This document shows positions 9,624 to 19,451 of a DNA stretch of 64,000 nucleotides, piece by piece. A program made the translations under genes and the position numbers. Numbering within the stretch: the first letter of the stretch is position 1; every line of letters starts with the position of its first letter. Location of the stretch: assembly GCA_034669905.1 (NCBI GenBank), contig JAXMOL010000035.1, forward strand, positions 19,792 through 83,791, in the 5' to 3' direction. The notes under the pieces are model-generated. The model searched no databases. It saw nothing but the letters and a program-made list of their open reading frames with translations, and was not told the DNA's origin. This DNA comes from Candidatus Hydrogenedentota bacterium (GTDB taxonomy: Bacteria > Hydrogenedentota > Hydrogenedentia > Hydrogenedentales > JAEUWI01).

Positions 9624-9743
9624 CCTGGCCGGTTTGGTGACTAGAGTTCGCGAATTACGTACCCTCAACATTGGTTTACACCATTCGGACTCGCCTGACT
9701 GCCCAAGGGCCGGTGATAGGATTCAAGGGACGTGTCGTGCGGT

Positions 9744-9779
9744 GTCCTTTAGGTCGTTTTCGTCCTTTCGGTCCTTTGG
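9744..9779. repeat. Nonamer tandem repeat (GTCCTTTnn x4)
   Basis: Units at 9744,9753,9762,9771. Confidence 0.7.
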
Positions 9780-9810
9780 AAATGGTGAACGCGTCGAAGG
9801 GGAGCCGCCT

Positions 9811-9840
9811 GCCCCCCTATGGCGCGCTGACGGCCCGCCA
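9811..9840. repeat. REP-like repeat, same family as 282-325 and 7068-7093
   Basis: GCCCCCCTATGGCGCGCTGACGGCCCGCCA directly after the rhodanese stop. Confidence 0.65.
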
Positions 9841-9847
9841 CTATCTA

Positions 9848-10216
9848 TCAGGAATCACCGGCACTGACGGGATACCCCGCTTTTTTCCAGGCACCGAAGC
9901 CGCCGGCCATGGAAATGACGCGGGTGTAGCCCATGCGCTGAAGTGATTCGGCCGCCAGGGCGGAGCGGGCCCCTCCGCCGCAATAGAGGACGATGGGGGT
10001 TTTGGTATCGGGCACCGCCTCTTCAATGTCGCGTTCCAAGACGCCCCTCCCGATGTGGGTGGCCCCGGTGATGTGGGCCGTCACCCACTCCCGGTCTTCT
10101 CGCACGTCAATCAGGCGGAACGCATCCCCTGTTTCCAATCGTTGCTTAACTTCGTCGACGTTTTCTTCCTGGACGTGTGCTTTCACGCGGGTTACTAAAT
10201 CAGCAAATTGGCTCAT
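9848..10216 (-). CDS. Rhodanese-like sulfurtransferase
   Basis: LIDVRE..EW...HI.GA, active loop YCGGGARS, GGFGAW; ATG 10216 after GGAGG. Confidence 0.92.
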   Translation of the reverse strand: MSQFADLVTRVKAHVQEENVDEVKQRLETGDAFRLIDVREDREWVTAHITGATHIGRGVLERDIEEAVPDTKTPIVLYCGGGARSALAAESLQRMGYTRVISMAGGFGAWKKAGYPVSAGDS

Positions 10217-10437
10217 CGTACATCCTCCAATAACTGGACCGGCTTCGTCGGAAGTCAGTTTCCGATGTCGCGAACGGCATCTTACGTTGCCCCATGATCC
10301 TACTCTCCCCGTGGTACCGGCTTCCACCAGCGCGCCTACTGGACATTTCCGGGGCCGTTGGGGTCCAATAGCCGTTGGTGCCTTACCGGGAGGATGAGGG
10401 CACTGGACCGCCAATAACCGTGAGAAGGAATTCGTTT

Positions 10438-12975
10438 GTGGAACAGTTTGTCGGGAACGTACGTCGAATGATCGTGTGGAGTGTGGCCCTGCTGGCCGTC
10501 CTGTGCAGCCTGGGGTTCTCCCCCGCTCATGCTGCCATGGAATGGGGGGCGGTGCCGCCCCTGCCCACCCCCAGTTCGGGCCATTTTGTGGGCCAGCATA
10601 ACGGCGCGCTCATCGTGGCCGGTGGCTCCAACTTCACCGTGTCTCCTTTCCAGGGGGGCGAAAAAGAATGGCTCGATCGCATTTGGGTCCTAGAGGCCGG
10701 TGCCAGCGAATGGATTGATGGCGGTACCCTCCCCCACCCCCGGGCCTATGGCGGCACCGTGTCCCGGGATTCCGGTGTGTGGCTTTTGGGGGGCACGGAC
10801 GGCGTACGCTGTTTTGATGATGTGCTTGAAGTGCGCTGGGAAAAAGGTGCCATTCAGGTGGTGCCGGTAGCAGGCCCCGCGGGTACCCTTCCGGCCCCTT
10901 CGGCTTTTGGCGGGGCGGCCCAGGTGGGCGCGTATCTCTATGTGGCGGGCGGGCAATCCGATCCCAAGGCCACGGCGGCCCAGGCCGATGTCTGGCAATG
11001 GGATACGAAGTCCCCTGACGCCGGCTGGACAACCCTGCCGACCTTGCCGGGCCCCTCTCGCATGTTGCCCGTGGTGGTAGGGCGCGATGAGGGACTCTAT
11101 GTCATCAGTGGCGCGTCCTTGTTTGCAAAAGACGACGGTAGCACGGGGCGGGTCTTTCTAAACGACGCATACCGCTATACCGAAGGCAGCGGCTGGAAAA
11201 ACCTGACCGGCCCCCCTGTGCCCGTGTTGGCGGCACCGGCCGTGGCCTGGGGGCAGGCCCATATCCTCGTGGTCAGTGGCGATGACGGCAGTCTCTTCGA
11301 GCAGTCTGCCGAATTGAAAGACGAACATCCCGGATTCCCCGATACGGTGTGGGCCTATCACACGATTACGGACACGTGGGTGGAGCAGGGCACGGCCCCG
11401 GCGGCCTATGTGACGACCCAGGCCACCGTGTGGAACGGGGCCATGGTCATTCCCGGAGGGGAAGATCGGCCGGGACACCGGGGCACCATGGTCATGTCGG
11501 GCAAGCCAACCAATGAAAAGAAGGGGTTCAGTCCCCTCGACTACGGCACGATTGCGCTTTATTTTGCCCTGTTGGTGGGTATGGGCGTGTACTTCTCCCG
11601 GCGCGAGACGGACACGGAAGCCTTCTTCCTGGGCGGGCGCAAGATTCCCTGGTGGGCTGTGGGTATCAGTATCTTCGGTACTTCCCTCAGCTCCATTACC
11701 TACGTGGCCATACCTGCCAGCGCCTACTCGGGCAACTGGCTGGGCATGTTGAGTAACCTCGGCATCGTCCTTGTTGCTCCCTTCGTGGTCTACTACTTCA
11801 TCCCCCACTTCCGCAAAGAATCCATCGCCACGGCCTATGAATACCTGGAGCAGCGCTTCAACGTGGCAGCGCGCATCTATGGCAGTCTGATCTTTATCCT
11901 TTTCCAGCTGGGCCGTATGGCCATTGTCCTCTACATCCCCGCCATTGCCCTGTCGGCCGCCACGGGGATGAACATTCCCCTGTGCATCCTGGCCATGGGT
12001 ATCCTGGCCACGGTCTATACCGTGCTGGGTGGTATCGAGGCGGTGATTTGGACCGACGTGATCCAGGCCTTCGTCCTCCTCTTCGGCGCCCTGTTGGCCC
12101 TGTATCTCGTGGTGACGGGCGTGGAAGGGGGGGCAGGTGCCGTCATCGCGTCGGCGCAGGAATACGACAAATTTCACATGTTTAACTGGTCCTGGGATAT
12201 CACCACCAACGCGGTCTGGGTTTGTGTGGTGGGGCAGTTTTTCACCATGCTCTACCCCTACACGGCGGACCAGACGACGGTGCAGCGCTATCTGAGTACG
12301 GCGAATCTTCGCGATGCGCAGCGCGCCGTATGGACCAACGCCGTCATGACCATTCCGGTCTCGCTCATCTTTTTCGGGCTGGGTACGGCGCTGTGGGCCT
12401 TCTTCCAGAGCCACCCCGGTGATCTGGATCCCAACCTGAAGAACGACGCTATTCTGCCCCTCTTTATCATGGCGGAATTTCCCGTGGGCATGAAGGGCAT
12501 TATCATCGCGGGGATTTTCGCCGCCGCCATGTCTTCCCTCGACAGCAGCATGAACAGCCTCGCGTCGGTCCTGATTAACGACTACTACCGGCGCTTCAAG
12601 GCCGAAGTGAATGAGGTGACAGCCTTGCGCCTGGCCCGGGTTATCACCGTTTTGCTGGGCGCCTTCGGCACGGGCGTAGCCCTGTTCCTGGCGACACGGG
12701 AGTCCACCTCGCTCTTCAATACCTACCTCACCTTGCTGGGGCTGGCCGGTGGCGGACTGGCGGGGGTTGTGGCCCTGGGTATGCTGACCAAGCGGGCCCA
12801 TGGCTGGGGGGCCATCACGGGTGCGATCGTCAGCAGCGCGTGCGTCTTCCTGGTGTATTACCAGGCCTGGACACACTCGTACATGTTCGGTGCAGTCGGT
12901 TTCTTGGTGGCCTTTGGCGTTGGCTATGGGTTGAGCGTCGTGTTTCCCGCGGCATCGAAGACGGCGGCGGACTGA
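10438..12975 (+). CDS. Kelch (NanM/mutarotase-like) propeller fused to a sodium:solute symporter (SiaT-like)
   Basis: Signal-like N-term, Kelch GG repeats (LIVAGG, WLLGG, LYVAGG, VIPGG); SSS motifs FFLGGRKIPWWA, YEYLEQRF, GGIEAVIWTD, DQTTVQRY, AAAMSSLDS; start 10438 or 10468. Confidence 0.9.
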   Translation: MEQFVGNVRRMIVWSVALLAVLCSLGFSPAHAAMEWGAVPPLPTPSSGHFVGQHNGALIVAGGSNFTVSPFQGGEKEWLDRIWVLEAGASEWIDGGTLPHPRAYGGTVSRDSGVWLLGGTDGVRCFDDVLEVRWEKGAIQVVPVAGPAGTLPAPSAFGGAAQVGAYLYVAGGQSDPKATAAQADVWQWDTKSPDAGWTTLPTLPGPSRMLPVVVGRDEGLYVISGASLFAKDDGSTGRVFLNDAYRYTEGSGWKNLTGPPVPVLAAPAVAWGQAHILVVSGDDGSLFEQSAELKDEHPGFPDTVWAYHTITDTWVEQGTAPAAYVTTQATVWNGAMVIPGGEDRPGHRGTMVMSGKPTNEKKGFSPLDYGTIALYFALLVGMGVYFSRRETDTEAFFLGGRKIPWWAVGISIFGTSLSSITYVAIPASAYSGNWLGMLSNLGIVLVAPFVVYYFIPHFRKESIATAYEYLEQRFNVAARIYGSLIFILFQLGRMAIVLYIPAIALSAATGMNIPLCILAMGILATVYTVLGGIEAVIWTDVIQAFVLLFGALLALYLVVTGVEGGAGAVIASAQEYDKFHMFNWSWDITTNAVWVCVVGQFFTMLYPYTADQTTVQRYLSTANLRDAQRAVWTNAVMTIPVSLIFFGLGTALWAFFQSHPGDLDPNLKNDAILPLFIMAEFPVGMKGIIIAGIFAAAMSSLDSSMNSLASVLINDYYRRFKAEVNEVTALRLARVITVLLGAFGTGVALFLATRESTSLFNTYLTLLGLAGGGLAGVVALGMLTKRAHGWGAITGAIVSSACVFLVYYQAWTHSYMFGAVGFLVAFGVGYGLSVVFPAASKTAAD

Positions 12976-12998
12976 ACTATGGGGGCGAAGTGAATGGC

Positions 12999-13292
12999 GT
13001 TGGCGGTGCGGTGTGCGTGTCTGGGTTGGGGAGCAAGCTCCCCCGGGGAAAGCAGCAGCAAGCTGCCGCACTCCAGAGGGCGGTGTTGCTTAGTCGGCAT
13101 GAGAATCACGTATTAAATGTTTTCAACAGCCACGAAGTGGCGACAGATTGTAGCCTGGGGTGGAGCGAGGAACGAGCGGAACCCCAGGTCCTGGTCCGTA
13201 ATCATTTTTGAACCCCGAAGGGGTGGCACCCGCGTCGCCGTGGGCGATGTTGGCGGTGTGGTGTGCGTGTCTGGGTTGGGGAGCAAGCTCCC
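12999..13292. repeat. Composite REP-like region: 44-bp direct repeats (12999-13042, 13249-13292) flanking small hairpins
   Basis: 43/44 identity; internal AAAGCAGCAGCAAGCTGCCGCACTCCAGAG, GCCACGAAGTGGC, CCTGGGGT..ACCCCAGG, ACCCCGAAGGGGT. Confidence 0.85.
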
Positions 13293-13425
13293 GCACGATA
13301 GAGAGTGGGCTCTTAATCGTTTGGACCACTCTCCTCTGGGGTACCTTTTCGGGCGTTGAAGTAGAATTGCACTTTCCCGTTTCGAATGGGGTATACTGGG
13401 GCGAACCCTGAAAAAGAAAGAACCT

Positions 13426-14640
13426 ATGAAATTCGAAGAATTTGAAGAACTGGACCCGCGGTGTTTGCGCGTATTGCAGCAAATGGGTATCGAAAACCCC
13501 ACCCCCGTCCAGGAGCAAGCATTTCCCATTGCCGTGAAGGGAAAAGACTTGATAGCCACGGCACAGACGGGCACAGGGAAAACCCTGGGTTTTGCCCTTC
13601 CCACCCTTTCGCGTCTGGCAAAGGAAAAAGAGAGCCGCAACCGGATGCTTATTCTGGTGCCCACCCGTGAGTTGGCCGTTCAGGTCGCCTCGGTGGTGTC
13701 GGAGCTCTGCAAGGCCCTCCACATGCGCACGGCCCTGATTTATGGCGGGGTGGGCTTCGGCTCCCAGATATCCTCCCTGAAGAAGGGTTCCGATGTGATT
13801 GTGGCCACCCCCGGTCGTCTCCTGGACCATATGGGCCGGGGCACGGTGCAGTTCAACGAACTGGAAGTGCTCATTTTTGATGAGGCGGACCGGATGCTCG
13901 ATATGGGCTTCCTCCCCGATATCAACCGCATTCTGGCCCGGGTGCCCCAAGATCGGCAGACCCTCATGTTTTCCGCCACCTTTGCACCGGAACTGCAGCG
14001 CTTGACCCGGAGCATGATGCGGGATCCCGAGCGTATCGAAGTGGGCGCTATCTCCATGCCCGTCGATGCGGTGCGCCAGCTGGTGGTCCCCGTCCGGCAG
14101 GAAGATAAGTCCCGCATGCTGGTCGAAATCCTCCGGGAAGAAAAGATTGATACGGCCATCGTGTTCCTGCGCACCAAAATTCGCACGGAACGGGTGACGA
14201 AATTGTTGAAGAAAGAGGGCTTTCGGGCTGCAGCGATTCATGGGGATTTGTCCCAGAAGCTGCGTCAACGTTCGTTGGACGGATTTCGGGATGGTCGGTA
14301 TGACATTCTGGTGGCGACCGACGTAGCGGCCCGTGGCCTGGATATTGATGACATCAGTCATGTGATCAATTATGACGTGCCCGAGAATGCGGATGACTAT
14401 GTACACCGGATTGGTCGCACGGCCCGTGCGGAGCGTGAAGGGGATGCGATCACCTTCGTAACTCCTACGGACCACACGGCTTTGGGCAGTATAGAGCAGA
14501 CGATTGGGCGGAATATTGAGCGCAAGCAGTATGAGGGTGCGCCGAATGTTTTGACCCTGTGGCGTCCTGCCGGTGAGAAGCGCAAAGTTGGCCCGGGCGG
14601 CCGGGTGCGGCGGGCCCGTAGCCTGATGCGGCGCCGGTAA
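13426..14640 (+). CDS. DEAD-box ATP-dependent RNA helicase (RhlE-like)
   Basis: PTPVQ, AQTGTGKT, PTRELA, TPGRL, DEAD, SAT, ARGLD, HRIGRTAR. Confidence 0.97.
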   Translation: MKFEEFEELDPRCLRVLQQMGIENPTPVQEQAFPIAVKGKDLIATAQTGTGKTLGFALPTLSRLAKEKESRNRMLILVPTRELAVQVASVVSELCKALHMRTALIYGGVGFGSQISSLKKGSDVIVATPGRLLDHMGRGTVQFNELEVLIFDEADRMLDMGFLPDINRILARVPQDRQTLMFSATFAPELQRLTRSMMRDPERIEVGAISMPVDAVRQLVVPVRQEDKSRMLVEILREEKIDTAIVFLRTKIRTERVTKLLKKEGFRAAAIHGDLSQKLRQRSLDGFRDGRYDILVATDVAARGLDIDDISHVINYDVPENADDYVHRIGRTARAEREGDAITFVTPTDHTALGSIEQTIGRNIERKQYEGAPNVLTLWRPAGEKRKVGPGGRVRRARSLMRRR

Positions 14641-14644
14641 ACTG

Positions 14645-14673
14645 TTGACAACTTGCCGTAAAAACGCTATGGT
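14645..14673 (+). promoter_or_regulatory. Sigma70-type promoter P1 upstream of mreB
   Basis: TTGACA-N17-TATGGT. Confidence 0.65.
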
Positions 14674-14745
14674 GGAACCCGGAGCGTCCAAGCGGGGATT
14701 GTCTCAGTAACTGTTGGAAGTCGCAATCCATTCTCTCGTTTAGGA

Positions 14746-14774
14746 TTGGATTTGCGGTTTCGTTCTGCTATAAT
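14746..14774 (+). promoter_or_regulatory. Sigma70-type promoter P2 upstream of mreB
   Basis: TTGGAT-N17-TATAAT with extended -10 TGn. Confidence 0.65.
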
Positions 14775-14897
14775 GCGCCGGGTGATGCGTGCTCCTCTCT
14801 AAGTCCCTCAATTGTATTGTCTTAGAGATTTTTATATCCCCGTTGGAGTTCCCCGTGGCACCGGCACCTTCGAAGTTGCTTTACGAGAGGGAATGAA

Positions 14898-15926
14898 TTG
14901 TTCGGATTCCTGTCTAAAATTCCAGGCCTGTTCTCCCATGACATGGCCATTGATCTTGGTACCGCAAATACCCTGGTTTACGTTAAAGGCCAGGGCATCG
15001 TCTTATGTGAGCCCTCCGTGGTGGCCATTAACACCAAAACGGGGAAATCCCGTGCGGTGGGTAATGAAGCCAAAAACATGATTGGCCGTACGCCGGGCAA
15101 CATTGTGGCGATTCGCCCCATGAAAGACGGTGTGATCGCGGATTTCGAGATCACCCAGGAGATGCTGCGGCATTTCATCCAGAAAGTGCATAACCGCAAC
15201 CGCCTGGTATGGCCCCGCGTGGCCATCAGTGTGCCTTCGGGTATCACCGAAGTGGAGCGGCGTGCGGTGATTGATAGTGCCATGAAGGCCGGTGCGAAAA
15301 AGGTCTACATCATCGAAGAGCCCATGGCGGCTGCGATTGGTGCCGGCCTGCCCGTCCATGAGCCCCAGGGCTGCATGGTGGTGGACATCGGTGGTGGCAC
15401 GACCGAGGTGGCCGTGATTTCGCTGGGCGGCATTGTCTTTGCCAAATCCGTCCGTGTGGCGGGTGACGACATGGACCAGGCCATTATCCAGCACCTGAAA
15501 CGCACCTACAATATGGTGGTGGGTGAGCGGACGGCCGAAGACATCAAGATTGCCATCGGCTCGGCCTTTCCCCTGAAAGACGAGTTGGAAATGCAGGTCA
15601 AGGGCCGGGATCAGGTCATGGGCTTGCCGAAGATTATTACGATTACATCCGAAGAAATCCGGGAATCCCTCCGGGAACCCGTCAGTGCCATGGTCGATGC
15701 CGTGCGCGTTACGCTGGAGCGTACGCCCCCGGAATTGTCGGCCGATATTGTGGATCGGGGTGTGGTGTTGGCCGGCGGTGGTGCCAACCTGCGCGGACTC
15801 GATCAGTTACTGGCAAAAGAGACGGGTCTCCACGTGACCGTATCCGAAGATCCCTTGACGGCGGTCGTGTTGGGCACGGGGAAATTCCTGGAAGAACTGA
15901 AGAACTATCCCGACGAAGAAATGTAA
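14898..15926 (+). CDS. mreB: Rod shape-determining protein MreB
   Basis: [43 protein letters not shown] start. Confidence 0.98.
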   Translation: MFGFLSKIPGLFSHDMAIDLGTANTLVYVKGQGIVLCEPSVVAINTKTGKSRAVGNEAKNMIGRTPGNIVAIRPMKDGVIADFEITQEMLRHFIQKVHNRNRLVWPRVAISVPSGITEVERRAVIDSAMKAGAKKVYIIEEPMAAAIGAGLPVHEPQGCMVVDIGGGTTEVAVISLGGIVFAKSVRVAGDDMDQAIIQHLKRTYNMVVGERTAEDIKIAIGSAFPLKDELEMQVKGRDQVMGLPKIITITSEEIRESLREPVSAMVDAVRVTLERTPPELSADIVDRGVVLAGGGANLRGLDQLLAKETGLHVTVSEDPLTAVVLGTGKFLEELKNYPDEEM

Positions 15927-16013
15927 ACGCACCGCACGGATTCCCTTGCAGCAGGTGCACCCCGTCGGTAACCGGTTCTGAGCAGAGGCGCTGGCTTGGC
16001 TATTACCCGAATC

Positions 16014-16937
16014 ATGGCAGAACACCGCGCCGAGGTAATTCTGGGGACCTTGTCGTTTCTGTCCCTGGTCTCGCTGTTGAGTGGCACGTCCGCCACCTTC
16101 ATTCAGCGGGGCCTGACCCGCGTGGTCAGTATCTCCAGTTATCCCTTCCTGGCGGCCCGCACGAGCCTGGAAGAAGGCGTGGGCTATACCTTCGACTTTG
16201 TGGGGCGCTATGACGACCTGCGCGAAGAGGCCGAAGAAAATAAGTTGCTGCGCAGCCGCCTTCAGACCATCCTTGCCCGGGAAGAAGAGCTGGCGGCCGA
16301 AAACCGGCGGCTCCGTGACGTCCTCGATTTTGCCCGCGCCGAAGCCCGCCTGACCCAGACCCCGGTGCGGATCATCGAAAACCTTCGGGGCATGCTCACC
16401 ATTGACCGGGGCCGCATCCACGGCATCGAAGCCCGGATGGCCGTCATCACCGAGCAGGGCGTGGTCGGCATCGTGACCGAGGTCCACGATATTACCGCGA
16501 GTGTCGCGACCCTCCATCACCGCGATTGCCGCATTGCGGCCATGGTCCATCGAAACCGCATCCGCGCCTACGACGGGGTGGTCAAGGCCAACGGCACCGA
16601 CTACAACTACATTTGTTCCATGGATTTTATCGACATGAAAAACGACGTCCGTCCCGGCGATATCGTGGTCACGAGCCCGGAGAGCGATTTTCCCGCCGGG
16701 TTGCCGGTGGGCACGGTGAGCGTGGTGCACGAGACGGCGGGTGCCCTGTGGCGCTGGGCCGAAATTGAGCCCGCGGTGGATCCTTACGTGCTGGACGAGG
16801 CCATGGTGGTGACCCGCTATGTGCCCGAATCCACTTTCCTGGCGGGGGGCGTGCACCGGGACACCTACCGGGAGGCGACCTCCCTGGCCCCCACCATGCC
16901 CGACGAACGTCCGATTCAGGAGCGATTGGCCCCATGA
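16014..16937 (+). CDS. mreC: Rod shape-determining protein MreC
   Basis: N-term TM, coiled coil ENRRLRDVL, TIDRG..HGI, GDIVVTS..FPAGLPVG; follows mreB; start 15996 or 16014. Confidence 0.93.
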   Translation: MAEHRAEVILGTLSFLSLVSLLSGTSATFIQRGLTRVVSISSYPFLAARTSLEEGVGYTFDFVGRYDDLREEAEENKLLRSRLQTILAREEELAAENRRLRDVLDFARAEARLTQTPVRIIENLRGMLTIDRGRIHGIEARMAVITEQGVVGIVTEVHDITASVATLHHRDCRIAAMVHRNRIRAYDGVVKANGTDYNYICSMDFIDMKNDVRPGDIVVTSPESDFPAGLPVGTVSVVHETAGALWRWAEIEPAVDPYVLDEAMVVTRYVPESTFLAGGVHRDTYREATSLAPTMPDERPIQERLAP

Positions 16938-16995
16938 TTTTCCCCATGCTACCGCACGTGCCGCATTACCACGCCAGGGGCCGGGGCACCGTGTC

Positions 16996-17502
16996 ATGTT
17001 AAGAAACATTGCGTGGGTGGTGGTGGTGGTCTGTGCGGCCCTGGTGCAGACAACGTGGCCGGATTTCCTGAAGATACAGGGCGTGACCCCCGAATTGGTG
17101 CTCATGTTGGTGGTCTATTTTGCCATCGCGGCCGGAGAAGAGCGGGCCATGTTTACCGGGGCGCTGGGTGGCATTTATCAAGATGTGGCGAGTAAGGCCG
17201 CGTTGGGGCATAATATATTGTGCCTCGTAATCGTGGGCTATGCCGTAGGTCGCATTTCGACCCGGCTGGTCACCGATCACCCGGCGGTAAAGGCCGGCCT
17301 GGTCTTATTGGCGGGCGTGGCCCAGGGGGTGCTCCACACCCTCATCGATTACGTGCAGTATCCAGATACACCGGTAATAACGACCATTGTCAGTGTGGTG
17401 GTCCCGGCTGCTTTCTACACGGCCGTGATTACCCCCTTTGTGTTCGTCGCCCTCGATTGGGTTTTCGGTGAGCGCAAACTACCCCAGGGGAGCGTGACGT
17501 GA
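16996..17502 (+). CDS. mreD: Rod shape-determining protein MreD
   Basis: Hydrophobic, GVTPELVL, GIYQD..LG; between mreC and mrdA. Confidence 0.9.
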   Translation: MLRNIAWVVVVVCAALVQTTWPDFLKIQGVTPELVLMLVVYFAIAAGEERAMFTGALGGIYQDVASKAALGHNILCLVIVGYAVGRISTRLVTDHPAVKAGLVLLAGVAQGVLHTLIDYVQYPDTPVITTIVSVVVPAAFYTAVITPFVFVALDWVFGERKLPQGSVT

Positions 17503-19451
17503 TTACGATCAATAACGAGCCCAAGCGGTATGAGGGCGTGGAAAACCGGGTCCAGATTATGGCCCTCGTCCTGGCCCTTGTTTTTGCCATTCCCTGCCTG
17601 CGGCTGTGGAAACTCCAGGTGATTGAGCAGAGCGTCTATCAGTCCGTCGCGGACGATCAACGCATCTCGGAAACCACGCTGGAGTCGGATCGCGGGGTCA
17701 TCTATGGGCGGGGCGATGTCATTCTGGCCAACAACCGGGCCAGTGTGAGCATTGTGTTTACGCCCGGGGAATGCCCGGAAGTGCGGCGGGAAGAGACCTG
17801 TATCCGCCTGGCCAGCCTGCTCCGACTCGACACCAATGCGGTGATGGAGAAGGTCCGGAAGAATGCCGGGGATCCCTTTCAGCAGATCGTCATCAAGTCC
17901 GACGTGACGCGATCGGAGTTGTTCCGGGTAGAAGAAAACAGCCTGGACCTGCCCGGCGTAGCCCCGATTGTGCGGCCCCAACGCCGCTATCTCTATCGGG
18001 AAACGGGCGGTCAGTTGCTGGGCTATCTGGGCGAAATCAGCAAGAAGCAGTTGAACGACCCCTATTGGGAAGAGCGGGATTACCGGCAGGGCGACGTCAT
18101 CGGCCTGGGTGGACTCGAAGCCCAGTATGAGCACCAGCTTCAGGGTGAAGATGGGTATTTGCTGGTGACCAAGTATGCGTCGGGCCGGCCCCAGCTGCGC
18201 ACCGACCGGGGTGGCATGCCGGTATTGGCGAAGACTGACAGCGCCGGCAACGTGGCAACCATCGAGGGGGAAGGCCGGGAGCCCCGTGCGGGCGACCCCC
18301 TGTACCTGACCCTCGATATTGAATTGCAGGCCAAGTGTGAGTCACTGCTGAAGGGGGAAGTGGGTGCCATTGTGGTGCTGGAGGCCGAGACCGGTGCGGT
18401 GTTGGCCATGGCGAGTGTGCCGACCTACGATCCCAGTGTCTTTGTGTCCCACGATCCCACGGGCGAGCGCAGTCGCCTCTTGAATGCGGGCGATCCGAAG
18501 CCCATGCTGCATCGGGCCTATCGGGAGCAGTATCCCCCGGGCTCGGTGTTCAAGGTGATGCTGGCGGCGGCGGCCCTGGAAGAAGGGGTCGTTACGCCCG
18601 CGTCGACCTTCTATTGCAATGGTCGGTTTCGGGTCCCGGGTAGTAGCCGGATTGCGCATTGTTGGAAGCGTTCCGGTCATGGTCAGGTAGCGGTGAAAGA
18701 GGCCCTGGCCTATTCATGCGACGTCTATTTTTATAATGTGGGGCTCGATCTGGGGGTGGACAAAATCCAGGAATGGGCCCACCGCATGGGGATGGGCGTC
18801 AATACCGGGATCGACTTGCCGAATGAAACCAAGGGACTGATTCCGGGTAAGGAATGGAAGGCGGCGCTCTTTAAGGATAAGCCGGTCTGGGACCAGAACT
18901 GGTATCCCGGTGATACCGTGAATGTAAGTATTGGCCAGGGAAGCGCGGCCACGACGCCCCTGCAGAATGCGGTGATGATGGCGGCCATTGTGAATGGCGG
19001 CTATCGGGTAACCCCCCACCTCAACCGGGACGCGCTGTTGCCGCCGAGCGAGCGTTTTCTCAGTGATTCGACCATTGAACGCATCTGGGGTGGCATGCGG
19101 ATGTGTGTGGAGAAGGCCCCGCCCGATTATCCCAGTGGCACAGGCTGGCGCGCGGGCGTCGAGGGTATTGGTATTCTTGGTAAGACGGGTTCAGCCCAGA
19201 TTATGAACCTGTCGCACCACGAGAAATACAAGACGGAAGAAGACATCCCCTACGAGTTTCGTGACCACGCCTGGTTTGTGGCCGGGGTCATTGACCATGA
19301 ACCGAAAGTGGCCATCTGTATCCTGGTGGAGCACGGTCACCATGGCAGCACAGCGGCCAGTGTATTGGCCAAGCCGCTCATCGAGTATATGTACCGGGAG
19401 CGTAACGTGGAAGACGTGCAAATAGCCCACGCCAGTTCGGAGGGGGCATGA
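17499..19451 (+). CDS. mrdA: Penicillin-binding protein 2
   Basis: RGVIY, SVFK, SCD, KTGS, DHAWF; mre operon. Confidence 0.95.
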   Translation: MITINNEPKRYEGVENRVQIMALVLALVFAIPCLRLWKLQVIEQSVYQSVADDQRISETTLESDRGVIYGRGDVILANNRASVSIVFTPGECPEVRREETCIRLASLLRLDTNAVMEKVRKNAGDPFQQIVIKSDVTRSELFRVEENSLDLPGVAPIVRPQRRYLYRETGGQLLGYLGEISKKQLNDPYWEERDYRQGDVIGLGGLEAQYEHQLQGEDGYLLVTKYASGRPQLRTDRGGMPVLAKTDSAGNVATIEGEGREPRAGDPLYLTLDIELQAKCESLLKGEVGAIVVLEAETGAVLAMASVPTYDPSVFVSHDPTGERSRLLNAGDPKPMLHRAYREQYPPGSVFKVMLAAAALEEGVVTPASTFYCNGRFRVPGSSRIAHCWKRSGHGQVAVKEALAYSCDVYFYNVGLDLGVDKIQEWAHRMGMGVNTGIDLPNETKGLIPGKEWKAALFKDKPVWDQNWYPGDTVNVSIGQGSAATTPLQNAVMMAAIVNGGYRVTPHLNRDALLPPSERFLSDSTIERIWGGMRMCVEKAPPDYPSGTGWRAGVEGIGILGKTGSAQIMNLSHHEKYKTEEDIPYEFRDHAWFVAGVIDHEPKVAICILVEHGHHGSTAASVLAKPLIEYMYRERNVEDVQIAHASSEGA

